In this document: piece by piece, positions 1 to 10,578 of the stretch
How the letters are laid out: every line of letters begins with the position of its first letter
Numbering within the stretch: position 1 is the first letter of the stretch
NCBI GenBank assembly: GCA_043746875.1
Contig: JAYTQE010000046.1
Span: 1 to 50,422, forward strand
Length of the DNA stretch: 50,422 nucleotides
DNA from: Minisyncoccota bacterium
GTDB taxonomy: Bacteria > Patescibacteriota > Minisyncoccia > Phycocordibacterales > UBA9973
Direction of reading: 5' to 3'
The notes under the pieces: generated by a model
The model's input: the letters and a program-made list of their open reading frames with translations, nothing else
What the model was told of the DNA's origin: nothing
Databases searched by the model: none
Made by a program: the position numbers and the translations under genes

Positions 1-2
1 AA

Positions 3-1598
3 AATTTACTTCAGAAATATTCTCTTCCTTCTTTAAAGACTTCTCTAATATGGATTCATGAACCAAAAAAATTTAGTGATGCACAAGCTGCTCGTAAAAG
101 ATTTGCATTTGATGAAATATTTACTATTAATATTTCTCGTGCTAAAGAAAAAATTAAAATCAAAGAAAATGTAGCTTACAGTATAAATATAAACGGTACT
201 GATATAAGAAATTTTGAAAAAAAATTTCCCTTTCCTTTAACTAATGCTCAAAATAAATCCGTTAAACATATATTAGATGATTTACAAAATGATCATCCTA
301 TGTCTAGATTATTAGAAGGAGATGTAGGAAGTGGCAAAACTGCTGTAGCAGCTATTGCTACTTATGCCACAGTTATAAATCGGCCTAATAATAACGGTAA
401 AAAACAATCTTTTGGTAATCTCCAGGTTGCATATATGGCTCCAACAGAAATACTTGCAACACAACATTTTGAAAGTTTCATAGATTTTTTTCGTGATACA
501 GGAATATCAATTGCACTTATTACAGGATCTGGTGCTAGAAAATTCCCCACTAAGGTTTCATCAAGTTCAACACCTTGGACTACAATATCAAAACCTCAAC
601 TTAAAAAATGGATTGCTAATGGTGAAATACCTATAGTTATCGGAACACATTCATTGATACAAAAATCTCTAGAATTCAAACATCTAGCATTAACTATTAT
701 TGACGAACAACATCGTTTTGGGCTCAACCAACGTAAAGGTCTTGCCAAAAAAGATTCTCACTTCCCCCATCTTTTATCTATGACAGCCACTCCTATTCCT
801 AGAACATTAGCACTTACAATATACGGAGATCTTGATCTTTCATTACTTGATGAAATGCCTATTGGGCGCAAACACCCTATTACAAAAATAATAAACTCTG
901 ACAAAAGAAACATCGTATATGAAGAAATTAAAAAAGAATTAGAAAATGGAAGACAACTATATGTTATTTGTGCTCGAATTGATGAATCAGATCCAGACAA
1001 AACTAATGCAATAATTGCCAAAAGTGTTACTCAAGAATCTAAGAGATTAAAAAAAGATGTTTTTCCTGAGTATTCTATTGAAGTACTACATAGCAAAATG
1101 ACAAAAATAAAAAAAGATTCTGTAATGAAAGAATTTTCTGAGGGAAAAATTCAAATACTTGTTGCAACATCTGTTGTAGAAGTAGGAGTTAATGTTCCAA
1201 ATGCAACAATAATGATAATAGAAGGGGCAGAAAGATTTGGATTATCTCAACTTCATCAACTTCGAGGACGAATTATGAGAAGTGATCATTTACCTTATTG
1301 TTATTTATTTGCTGAAAGTAAAAGCGAGAAAACAAAAGAAAGGTTAAAATATTTTATAACTGCTAAAAATGGTTTTGAACTTGCTGAATATGATTTAGCA
1401 CTTCGTGGTACAGGAGAACTTACCGGTGCTAAACAATGGGGGATCTCAGATATAGGCATGGAGGCACTTCGTAATATCAAACTCGTTGAAGCAGCTCGTG
1501 AATCTGCCAAGAAAATAATTGAGACTGACAAAGATTTAAAAAAATATCCATTACTTAAAGAAAAAATTATCAAAACTGAAGATTTACATTTTGAATAA
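3..1598 (+). CDS. recG: ATP-dependent DNA helicase RecG, C-terminal ~530 aa (5' end outside window)
   Basis: Frame is open from nt 3 with no stop before the track start at 300. Helicase motifs are in RecG order: GDVGSGKT (Walker A), DEQHRFG (motif II), MTATPIPRT, VATSVVEVGVNVPNA, QLHQLRGRI (motif VI). Stop TAA at 1596-1598. Confidence 0.85.
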   Translation, partial: NLLQKYSLPSLKTSLIWIHEPKKFSDAQAARKRFAFDEIFTINISRAKEKIKIKENVAYSININGTDIRNFEKKFPFPLTNAQNKSVKHILDDLQNDHPMSRLLEGDVGSGKTAVAAIATYATVINRPNNNGKKQSFGNLQVAYMAPTEILATQHFESFIDFFRDTGISIALITGSGARKFPTKVSSSSTPWTTISKPQLKKWIANGEIPIVIGTHSLIQKSLEFKHLALTIIDEQHRFGLNQRKGLAKKDSHFPHLLSMTATPIPRTLALTIYGDLDLSLLDEMPIGRKHPITKIINSDKRNIVYEEIKKELENGRQLYVICARIDESDPDKTNAIIAKSVTQESKRLKKDVFPEYSIEVLHSKMTKIKKDSVMKEFSEGKIQILVATSVVEVGVNVPNATIMIIEGAERFGLSQLHQLRGRIMRSDHLPYCYLFAESKSEKTKERLKYFITAKNGFELAEYDLALRGTGELTGAKQWGISDIGMEALRNIKLVEAARESAKKIIETDKDLKKYPLLKEKIIKTEDLHFE

Positions 1599-1602
1599 AA
1601 AA

Positions 1603-1626
1603 AAGCCCTCAAAAATATGAGGGCTT
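1603..1626. terminator. Hairpin aagccctc/gagggctt between convergent recG and 1649-3199; T-tract only on the minus-strand reading
   Basis: 8-bp perfect stem (1603-1610 / 1619-1626). The A-run at 1597-1604 becomes a U-tract for the minus-strand gene. Confidence 0.6.
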
Positions 1627-1648
1627 TGTAAAAAAAATAAGAAAAAAA

Positions 1649-3199
1649 TTATTTAATAATTACATATTGATTGATGTTTTTTTGTAAAGAAAAACTATTA
1701 AACCAATCTGGCGTACTTGCACCTAAAGAATAAGAATGTATTTGTCCTTCTGATTTATCAGAATAAAGAAAAGACTGTAATACTGCCCCTGTTGAAGGTG
1801 TTTGTGAATTAAATAATTTTGCTAAAACGTTATTTGGAGAAGATGATCCTCCAGAATTTAAATAACGATAAGAAGTCTGTGTGTCATCTGCCATAATAAT
1901 ACTAGATATAGCATCTCCTGAATGTAAAAATCCTTTAGGGATAGCTATTAATTCAAAAGAAGTAATAGTATTTTCAGGAATATTAACTTCAGTTAAAAAT
2001 GTTATATATAGCTTAAACCCTAATACAATAGAATCAATCTTTGCTCCAAAAGAGTTAGTAATAAAATATGTTCCTATATTATATACAGTTCCATTTACTT
2101 TAATACCCATATTGAATAATTTTAAAGTATCAATTTCTGGGCCATTATCCACTAAATTTACATTCCAAGACAAAACCTTTGTTGAGGTTATTCCTCCGAT
2201 TGATTTAATATTAACTCTACCAATAGTATTAATAGATCCATTTATTATATTTCCTACGGGAAATATTGAAGTTATTTCTTGATATGCTTTTACGGCATAT
2301 ATATCATTCCCTATTGCAATACCTGTTGTATTCATCGATATTCCGTCTATTGTTTTAATTGCCATACTAATAATATTAGTTGCAATATTTACATTAGAAT
2401 TAATGGATGAATTAATTTGCTTTAATTGTAATTTAATAACTAAATTATTTATTCCTTCTTTTAATGGGTAATTAGTAGATATTATTGCAATGTTCCCTGT
2501 AAAAATAGTAGTGCTACCCAACAATAAACCTAAAGAATCATACGCTGCTATACTAGATACAGCGTTTGGACTAACAACAGATAAAGAAATACTTTTAACT
2601 GTATTTAAACCGTGATTATTAATCAAACCTTTAACAACAGAAACTTCTGTTCCTGGTATAACCTTACTTGTTCCAAAAGTATTTGGATCTGAGGTTATAT
2701 TAACAGTTGGTAAACCAAAAAAAATCTTCTGTCCGAGAACAAATCCTGTGCTCCTATTTTGACCATAAGCCATATTCATAGCTATAGTAAAATTAGAACC
2801 ATCTACTCCATTTAATGCTTTTGTGTATAAATGGATTGTATAATTCAAATCTTTTTTAATTAAAAAACCTAAATTAATAGATGCTGAATTTTGTTGAATA
2901 GTAAATGGTAGAGTTTTTAATTTTGAAGAAGAATCAGAGTCCTGAATAACTTCAAAGACAAAACTACCAAAATTACTAATTTGTGCAGTTCCTGAATAAT
3001 TAAAGTTAACTTTTAAATTATCCATGTCGCTACTACTAACAAAACTAAAAGTAAGGTCTATGTCTTTTGGTGGAGTAATTGGTATGTCATTTCCTTTTTT
3101 TACCAAAGTAATAGATCCTGAGTTTAACTCAATATCCATAGTTTTTTTGCAAGAAATAGTTAAAGTCAAAAATAACAATACTATCATAATTTTTTTCAT
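1649..3199 (-). CDS. Hypothetical secreted protein, possible lipoprotein (516 aa)
   Basis: ATG start. N-terminal signal peptide MKKIMIVLLFLTLTISC with a Cys at residue 17 (lipobox-like). Asn/Ser/Thr/Ile-rich with no catalytic motif recognised. Confidence 0.6.
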   Translation of the reverse strand: MKKIMIVLLFLTLTISCKKTMDIELNSGSITLVKKGNDIPITPPKDIDLTFSFVSSSDMDNLKVNFNYSGTAQISNFGSFVFEVIQDSDSSSKLKTLPFTIQQNSASINLGFLIKKDLNYTIHLYTKALNGVDGSNFTIAMNMAYGQNRSTGFVLGQKIFFGLPTVNITSDPNTFGTSKVIPGTEVSVVKGLINNHGLNTVKSISLSVVSPNAVSSIAAYDSLGLLLGSTTIFTGNIAIISTNYPLKEGINNLVIKLQLKQINSSINSNVNIATNIISMAIKTIDGISMNTTGIAIGNDIYAVKAYQEITSIFPVGNIINGSINTIGRVNIKSIGGITSTKVLSWNVNLVDNGPEIDTLKLFNMGIKVNGTVYNIGTYFITNSFGAKIDSIVLGFKLYITFLTEVNIPENTITSFELIAIPKGFLHSGDAISSIIMADDTQTSYRYLNSGGSSSPNNVLAKLFNSQTPSTGAVLQSFLYSDKSEGQIHSYSLGASTPDWFNSFSLQKNINQYVIIK

Positions 3200-3306
3200 A
3201 TTTTTTAATTTAAATGTACATTTTAATCTCCTTTATAGTTGGTAGGAGTTTAACCGTTTTATTATTATAATACATATAATATATAAAAAGTCAATAAGCT
3301 TAAATG

Positions 3307-3380
3307 TCCGCCCTCATGGATTCGAACCATGGACCCCAGAGGTATAAGCTCTGTGCTCTAACCAACTGAGCTAAGGGCGG
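3307..3380 (-). tRNA. tRNA-Ile with anticodon UAU (reads AUA); no encoded CCA
   Basis: The reverse complement folds as a canonical 74-nt cloverleaf. Acceptor is CCGCCCT/AGGGCGG (7 bp), D arm GCTC-AGTTGGTTA-GAGC, anticodon stem CAGAG/CTCTG with loop C-T-TAT-A-C. Variable loop is GGGTC, T arm CATGG-TTCGAAT-CCATG, discriminator A. Confidence 0.8.
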
Positions 3381-3478
3381 TAATGTTGGTAATTTTATTA
3401 TTAACAAAGAGATTGTACACTTCAATCAAAAAAAATAAAAGGCCTTTATACCAATTTTTGATGTATAATGACTATATT

Positions 3479-3955
3479 ATGATTAATGAATTTATGGCAA
3501 AAAAAATTGGTGAGGTTTTAGCTTTTACCAAGATTAGTAATGACACAATAGAAAAAGCTGGTATTCCTTTATCTAATGTATTAGGTGAAGAAAAAATTAT
3601 AGAATTTATTGAAAAAAATAAAAGATATATAAAAGAAATAAATCATATATCAGAAACTTTTAATGTTTCAGATATTGTTACAAAAAAATCTGCATCTACT
3701 GAAGAAAAACTTAAATCTATGCGTGACATGTACATAAGAGAACAATGGTCAAACCCTGTTGAAGTTCTCGAATGGAGTGGTTTTTTTGAAGGAGCAGCTA
3801 TTGTTCATTTTGCATTAGTTAAGGGTTGCGCTGAAGGAATAAATAATGATTCTTTAATTGCTTTTTCTCAAGAGTGTATAGATTACCATAGGGAAATCTT
3901 AGATATTATTGAGAGTGAACTTTGTTCTGTTGGATCAAATAGATCTATTATTTAA
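3479..3955 (+). CDS. Hypothetical protein (start uncertain: ATG at 3461, 3479 or 3494; the track start 3383 abuts the tRNA)
   Basis: Long ORF followed by a strong terminator. TATAAT at 3464-3469 lies 9 nt upstream of ATG 3479. No motif recognised. Confidence 0.5.
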   Translation: MINEFMAKKIGEVLAFTKISNDTIEKAGIPLSNVLGEEKIIEFIEKNKRYIKEINHISETFNVSDIVTKKSASTEEKLKSMRDMYIREQWSNPVEVLEWSGFFEGAAIVHFALVKGCAEGINNDSLIAFSQECIDYHREILDIIESELCSVGSNRSII

Positions 3956-3957
3956 TA

Positions 3958-3990
3958 AAAAAAATCTCACAATATTGTGAGATTTTTTTT
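3958..3990. terminator. Bidirectional rho-independent terminator (shared by 3479-3955 and ftsH)
   Basis: Palindrome aaaatctcacaat/attgtgagatttt flanked by an A-run and a T-run. Confidence 0.8.
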
Positions 3991-3995
3991 ATTAA

Positions 3996-5888
<1,893 letters not shown>

Positions 5889-5950
5889 GTCAAGATATTA
5901 TACACAAAAATAAAATTACTGCCTGTAATATTATGCTAACATAGTTAAAT

Positions 5951-6385
5951 ATGGAATACCTTCGTAATAAAAAAGCGACCTTTGACTACCAACTCGAAGA
6001 AAGTATTGAAGTAGGATTAGAATTACTTGGAACAGAGGTTAAATCAATTAAAGCTCATCATGGCTCTCTTTCTGGTGCATATATAATTATAATTGATGGG
6101 CATCTTGTATTACTTGGAGCTCACATACCTGCTTGGCAAGAAAAAAATGCTCCTATTGGATTTGACCCTTATCGTACTCGTCGTTTATTAGTAAATAAAA
6201 GTGAACTTCTCTATTTAACCAAAAAACTAAAAGAGAAAGGTTTGACTATTATCCCTGTCTTAATGTATGGTAAGAGTAAGCTGATTAAATTACAGCTTGC
6301 AATTGCAAAAGGTAAGAAAAACTTTGACAAAAGAAATACGATAAAAAAACGTGACCTTGATCGAGAATCTCGTAGAGGTGAATAA
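5951..6385 (+). CDS. smpB: SsrA-binding protein SmpB
   Basis: 144 aa. N-terminus NKKATFDY, then GTEVKS, and a basic C-terminal tail. Sits directly upstream of the tmRNA. Confidence 0.9.
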   Translation: MEYLRNKKATFDYQLEESIEVGLELLGTEVKSIKAHHGSLSGAYIIIIDGHLVLLGAHIPAWQEKNAPIGFDPYRTRRLLVNKSELLYLTKKLKEKGLTIIPVLMYGKSKLIKLQLAIAKGKKNFDKRNTIKKRDLDRESRRGE

Positions 6386-6387
6386 TC

Positions 6388-6774
6388 GGGGATGTTTGGT
6401 ATCGATAGATAATATCGAGCCTGCATGCATACCAAGCATAGACGTACTCTTGTAAATCGTCGTCTAAAGGATATCTGGAAACAGTACCGCTAAGGTAAAG
6501 TCTCCATACTTCAGTATGAACTTTGCTCCAGCATTCGCCTAAATTTAGGCCAATCTGGTGTCACTATATTTGATACTCAATAAAATAATAGTGGCAACAT
6601 ATCATTGAGTGTAGGTAGATTATCTAGTCTCAAATAATCACCCAATAAAAGAGACTCGGGAGTTATTCATTTTGTATTTTTTTATAGAATAACCCTCCAA
6701 AATAAAATAATACTAAGTATGTAGATTTGTTTGTTCATATTTTCTACACGGGGGTTCGATTCCCCCCATCTCCA
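6388..6774 (+). ncRNA. ssrA: tmRNA (ssrA), one-piece, no encoded CCA
   Basis: 5' GGGGATG pairs with 3' CATCTCC, including the G3-U70 wobble that is the Ala identity element. T arm is GGGGG-TTCGATT-CCCCC, discriminator A. Conserved GGTATCGA and GCATGC boxes lie near the 5' end. In-frame tag ORF 6477-6542 reads GNSTAKVKSPYFSMNFAPAFA-stop (resume codon position not certain). Confidence 0.85.
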
Positions 6775-6828
6775 CTGTTAAAACATTAGCACCCTAAAAA
6801 GGTGCTTTTGTTTTTCAGTGGAGATGGG
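6765..6828. repeat. 13-bp perfect inverted repeat: tmRNA 3' end cccatctccactg (6765-6777) and cagtggagatggg (6816-6828)
   Basis: Direct reading; the arms bracket the tmRNA terminator hairpin. Confidence 0.9.
6788..6815 (+). terminator. tmRNA terminator
   Basis: agcacc-ctaaaaa-ggtgct followed by tttgttttt. Confidence 0.75.
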
Positions 6829-6975
6829 AACACGACGCCTACGTGTCGTGCGTGGGAATCAAACAGGCGCAGATATCCTGAGCTTGTCGAAGGAATCGAG
6901 GCGGGCTTGCGAACACTTTGTAGAATTTGAGCAAAGCGAAAAATTATACTTAGTGATTCGTGAGTCGATCCCCAT
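6816..6975. other. Unassigned GC-rich island with hairpins (possible ncRNA or relic of an element integrated at ssrA)
   Basis: Sharp compositional contrast with its flanks. Hairpin cacgac-gcctacgt-gtcgtg at 6831-6850. The segment gagtcgatccccat (6962-6975) weakly resembles the tmRNA T-arm/acceptor. Confidence 0.3.
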
Positions 6976-7134
6976 ATACATACTATTGACTTTTAAGCTT
7001 ATTTATGCTATTATTGAAGACAATAATAGTTCTTTGATATGTTCGGTTTTTAAGAGATTTTGTTGGTTCATCTGAGTTCCCTTGTTTAGAGGATTTGAGA
7101 TGAATCAATATTAAATCACCTTAAAAACTAAAAA

Positions 7135-7626
7135 ATGATAAGTATCCTAAAATCTAAAAAAACAAAAATTAAAGAGACCGAAGCTTCCTTGAAAGGAAAG
7201 CTTCAAAAAATGTTATCTGATCTTAATTGGACAAATTATAATTTTGAAATTAAAGAAATCGTAAAATTCTTTAATTATATAGAAAGTCAGATAGGGACCA
7301 TTACTGAAAAAGAATTCGAAGTTGCACCTGAAGGTTTAAAGAACTTTGTTCAAAATACAGGAAGAGATCAATATGGATGGTTCCGTGCTCCTCAAGGAGA
7401 GACAGCCTCTGTGTTGAATACCTATATTCAACCAACTGGACACTTTGATGAATACTTTCACACCCACAATGTAAAAAAATTGATGGATTATGAAGATAAA
7501 CCATCTGATCAAGGTGGGTTTGCAAAAAGAGACATGACAACCAGAGAATTTTACCTGGAAGCTTTTGTTAAACCTTTTATTAAAGGTAATACAAAACATT
7601 TGGAATCTTTAGTTAAAGAACTTTAG
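7135..7626 (+). CDS. Hypothetical protein (163 aa)
   Basis: ATG-start ORF followed by a terminator; no motif recognised. Confidence 0.5.
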   Translation: MISILKSKKTKIKETEASLKGKLQKMLSDLNWTNYNFEIKEIVKFFNYIESQIGTITEKEFEVAPEGLKNFVQNTGRDQYGWFRAPQGETASVLNTYIQPTGHFDEYFHTHNVKKLMDYEDKPSDQGGFAKRDMTTREFYLEAFVKPFIKGNTKHLESLVKEL

Positions 7627-7647
7627 CTTAAGATTATATAAAAGTTT

Positions 7648-7677
7648 AAAGGATTGATTAATTTCAATCCTTTTTTT
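7648..7677 (+). terminator. Rho-independent terminator
   Basis: aaaggattga-ttaatt-tcaatccttt followed by a T-run. Confidence 0.8.
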
Positions 7678-7793
7678 ATTTCACTACTATCATATAACTA
7701 ATTATTAATACCTCCACTTAAACCCTCACCCCTATAATCTCCTCAGGCGCTTCAAATACCCAAGAATTTAGTTACGACACTAAAATCTCTACA

Positions 7794-7822
7794 TTGACAT
7801 TTAGCTTATTTTCTGATAATAT
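7794..7822 (+). promoter_or_regulatory. Sigma-70-type promoter of the cold-shock gene
   Basis: TTGACA (7794-7799), 17-nt spacer, TAATAT (7817-7822). Leaves a ~80-nt 5' UTR before ATG 7909. Confidence 0.6.
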
Positions 7823-7908
7823 CTCTTCTACAAAAGAGCTGAGGTTGAGAATAGTCGTTTCTAAGAGACAAGTTCATTTTGTAATTAATAGTAAAATAAT
7901 CAACAACA

Positions 7909-8106
7909 ATGAACGGAAAAATTAAAACGCTCAAAGATAAAGGTTTTGGTTTTATAGCTTCAGACGGACTTGAGAAAGATCTTTTCTTCCACTCAAACGC
8001 TCTTGTAGGTGTAACATTCGAAGAACTTCGTGAAGGAGATTCTGTTTCTTTCGAAATGGAAGATTCTCCAAAAGGACCGAATGCGGTAAATGTACAACGT
8101 GCATAA
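7909..8106 (+). CDS. Cold-shock protein (CspA family)
   Basis: 65 aa with RNP1-like KGFGFI and RNP2-like LFFH motifs. Confidence 0.9.
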   Translation: MNGKIKTLKDKGFGFIASDGLEKDLFFHSNALVGVTFEELREGDSVSFEMEDSPKGPNAVNVQRA

Positions 8107-8120
8107 TATCTAAATCAATA

Positions 8121-8150
8121 AAAAAACCACCATTATATGGTGGTTTTTTT
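8121..8150 (+). terminator. Rho-independent terminator
   Basis: ccaccat-tat-atggtgg flanked by an A-run and a T-run. Confidence 0.8.
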
Positions 8151-8219
8151 ATTTTAAACTTGCTTTTTTTCAAAAAAATGTAATAATATAAAAAAATTCC
8201 TTAACCAAAACATTCAATC

Positions 8220-8585
8220 ATGAAACCAAGTGTTTTATTAAAATCAGCAGAGACTGCAAATCCTTTTTTAAAAATAAACAAAAATGTCATTCCTTGTTTA
8301 GAAAAAGAAATTCCTAATTCGAGAGGAAAAAAACTACTTCATATTTTAGAAGAAGTAGCAGGGTACCTAAACAAAAATAATCTTCCTTATGGGACAATTA
8401 GTGTTTCTGGGTCAGACAATTCTAGCCTTAAAAGGAGATTATTTTTAAATTTAAATGTATTGAAAAAAGAAATGCCAGAAGAATTTGAGAAAGTTACACC
8501 AATGCATTATTGTGTACACACTAATTCTACTGAATTTCCAAATGTTATCGTACTAAAAGCAAATACTTTTAGTGAGGCAGTTTAA
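8220..8585 (+). CDS. Hypothetical protein (121 aa)
   Basis: ATG-start ORF followed by a hairpin/T-run; no motif recognised. Confidence 0.45.
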   Translation: MKPSVLLKSAETANPFLKINKNVIPCLEKEIPNSRGKKLLHILEEVAGYLNKNNLPYGTISVSGSDNSSLKRRLFLNLNVLKKEMPEEFEKVTPMHYCVHTNSTEFPNVIVLKANTFSEAV

Positions 8586-8597
8586 ATTAAAAATGAA

Positions 8598-8626
8598 AGT
8601 GTGACTTAATTAGTCGCACTTTTTTA
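8598..8626. terminator. Hairpin terminator between convergent genes
   Basis: agtgtgac / gtcgcact (one G-U pair) followed by a T-run that overlaps the truB stop. Confidence 0.6.
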
Positions 8627-9403
8627 TTTATAATCTCCTATTTGGACTCTTCTAATTTTATAAGCTATGGCTGGAGTTCCCAATTCTTGGCCTAATTTTT
8701 CAGCTAAAGATCTCATATATGTACCTGACGAAGCTTTTATTCTTAAAGAAATAACTTGAACTAATCTATTCTGATTATTCAATAAAAAATTATTCCAATT
8801 ATCTATAATTTCTTTTTGTCTAAAATCTCCTTTTACTTTTAAAATAGCTGTATTTATTTCATCCACAATGTTTTCTAATTTTTCATTTTTTATAGAAAGA
8901 GTTTCTATGTCATATATTTTTATATTTTTATACGGAATAACAATGTCTTTTGTGCCGTTTCGCGCATGACTAAACAATGCTTTTCCTTTTACCAAAACAG
9001 AAGAATACATTGGGTATTTAAGTTTGGTAATTTTTTTTAAATTTTTAATTTTTTCTTCTATTTCTTTTTCTTTATAACTTTTAATATTTGACTGATTTAT
9101 TAACCCCAATGAATCTAATGTATCTGTACCTATGCCCAATAAAACCTCTACTTCATAAGTCTTATCCATATTAAGTAATAAATCTTTCTCAAATCTTGCT
9201 TTTCCTGCCAAAATCAAAACCACTCCATCAGCCATAGGGTCCAACCTACCAGCATATGTTAATTTGTCATCTTTTTTAAGATTATAAATTTTTCTAAATC
9301 TATCTAAAAGACAAGCCAGTGTCTCTCCCCGCTCTTTAAATAAAGGATATTTACCAGAAAAGTCTTGACTATTAGTAATAGTTTTTGTATGCTTTATAGA
9401 CAT
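8624..9403 (-). CDS. truB: tRNA pseudouridine(55) synthase TruB-like
   Basis: Motif GRLDPMADGVVLI (TruB catalytic Asp box LDPxAxGV) followed by DKTYEVEVLLGIGTDTLD. ATG at 9403 is preferred over the TTG at 9445 used by the track. Confidence 0.7.
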   Translation of the reverse strand: MSIKHTKTITNSQDFSGKYPLFKERGETLACLLDRFRKIYNLKKDDKLTYAGRLDPMADGVVLILAGKARFEKDLLLNMDKTYEVEVLLGIGTDTLDSLGLINQSNIKSYKEKEIEEKIKNLKKITKLKYPMYSSVLVKGKALFSHARNGTKDIVIPYKNIKIYDIETLSIKNEKLENIVDEINTAILKVKGDFRQKEIIDNWNNFLLNNQNRLVQVISLRIKASSGTYMRSLAEKLGQELGTPAIAYKIRRVQIGDYK

Positions 9404-9421
9404 TATTTTAGAACTATACTC

Positions 9422-9949
9422 TTGAAAGAACGAATAAACAAACAAATACGAGCCAAAGAAGTTAGGGTTATAAACAACGAGGGATCAAACTTGGGTATTT
9501 TTTCTATTGAAGAAGCTTTATTGATGGCAACAAATGATGGTGTTGATTTAATAGAAACAGGACCAAATGCCAAACCTCCAATATGTAAAATAATGGATTT
9601 TGGGAAATACCAATACGAACAAAAGAAAAAAGCTCAAAAAGCAAAAACTGGGGCAAAACCAACCGAAACCAAGTCTCTCCAGATCAAAATAGGTACCGGG
9701 GACCATGATTTAGAATTAAAAGCCAAAACAGCCTCAAAATGGCTCAAAGAAGGCCATCGTATAAAAGTTGAGTTATTCTTAAGAGGTAGATCCAAAGGGA
9801 TGAATGAACCCTTTTTAAGAGAAAGACTAGACAGGGTCTTGCATTTTATCACTGAACACTATAAGATAGCTGAACCACATAAGCGTTCCCCAAAAGGCTT
9901 AGCAGTAGTCATAGAGAGAGATAAAACCTCAAAAGATACTGTAAAATAA
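9422..9949 (+). CDS. infC: Translation initiation factor IF-3 (start uncertain; TTG 9422 chosen)
   Basis: INKQIRAKEVRVI...GVDLIE...NAKPPICKIMDFGKYQYE is a typical IF-3 sequence. The track start (TTG 9365) adds an implausible N-terminus overlapping truB. IF-3 genes commonly use non-AUG starts. Confidence 0.85.
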   Translation: MKERINKQIRAKEVRVINNEGSNLGIFSIEEALLMATNDGVDLIETGPNAKPPICKIMDFGKYQYEQKKKAQKAKTGAKPTETKSLQIKIGTGDHDLELKAKTASKWLKEGHRIKVELFLRGRSKGMNEPFLRERLDRVLHFITEHYKIAEPHKRSPKGLAVVIERDKTSKDTVK

Positions 9950-9962
9950 ACATTTAATTATT

Positions 9963-10151
9963 ATGAGTACAAAAACTAATAAATCATTTTCGAAACGTTT
10001 AAAACAGACAAAATCTGGTAAACTTATTGGTCGCAAACCAGGTTTCAACCACTTTAATGCTAAACAATCGAGAACAAAACAATTAGCAGGTAAAAAAGGT
10101 GTTGAATTTATTATGAGCAATAAAGACAGAGCTCGTTTTCTGCCCCATTAA
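9963..10151 (+). CDS. rpmI: 50S ribosomal protein L35
   Basis: 62 aa, basic, KTNKSFSKRLKQTKSGK; sits in the infC-rpmI-rplT order. Confidence 0.9.
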   Translation: MSTKTNKSFSKRLKQTKSGKLIGRKPGFNHFNAKQSRTKQLAGKKGVEFIMSNKDRARFLPH

Positions 10152-10168
10152 TATTTTAATAAAATTAT

Positions 10169-10513
10169 ATGACAAGAGTAAAAAGAGGAGTAATAAAAAA
10201 TAAGCGTCGTAAGAATGTTTTATCACAAACAAAGGGATATCGTTTTGGACGTTCTACAAAAGAAGCTGCTGCAAAAGAGGCTATTTTCCATGCTGGAACA
10301 TACGCATTTGCTCATAGAAGAGACAAAAAAGCTGATGCTCGTACCCTTTGGAATATTCACATAAATGCAGCTGTTAGAGCTGAAGGTTCAACTTATAGTA
10401 AATTTATCGGAGGATTAAAAAATGCAAAGATTGAAATTGATAGAAAAATTCTTTCTTATTTAGCAAAAGATCGTCCTAATACTTTCAAAAAAATTTTTGA
10501 TAAAGTAAAATAA
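10169..10513 (+). CDS. rplT: 50S ribosomal protein L20
   Basis: MTRVKRGV...KGYRFGRS...AFAHRRDKK. Confidence 0.95.
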   Translation: MTRVKRGVIKNKRRKNVLSQTKGYRFGRSTKEAAAKEAIFHAGTYAFAHRRDKKADARTLWNIHINAAVRAEGSTYSKFIGGLKNAKIEIDRKILSYLAKDRPNTFKKIFDKVK

Positions 10514-10547
10514 TTTTTTAAGACAATCAAAATCAAATACTTATACT

Positions 10548-10578
10548 AAAAAATCTCCAAATACTTGGAGATTTTTTT
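10548..10578. terminator. Bidirectional terminator (rplT / map)
   Basis: aaatctccaa-atac-ttggagattt flanked by an A-run and a T-run. Confidence 0.8.

Noticed and set aside
6818-7075. 85-aa GTG-start ORF covering the GC-rich island downstream of ssrA
   Set aside because: It starts inside the inverted copy of the tmRNA end and crosses a sharp compositional boundary. It has no recognisable motif or translation signal. The region is better treated as non-coding or relic sequence.
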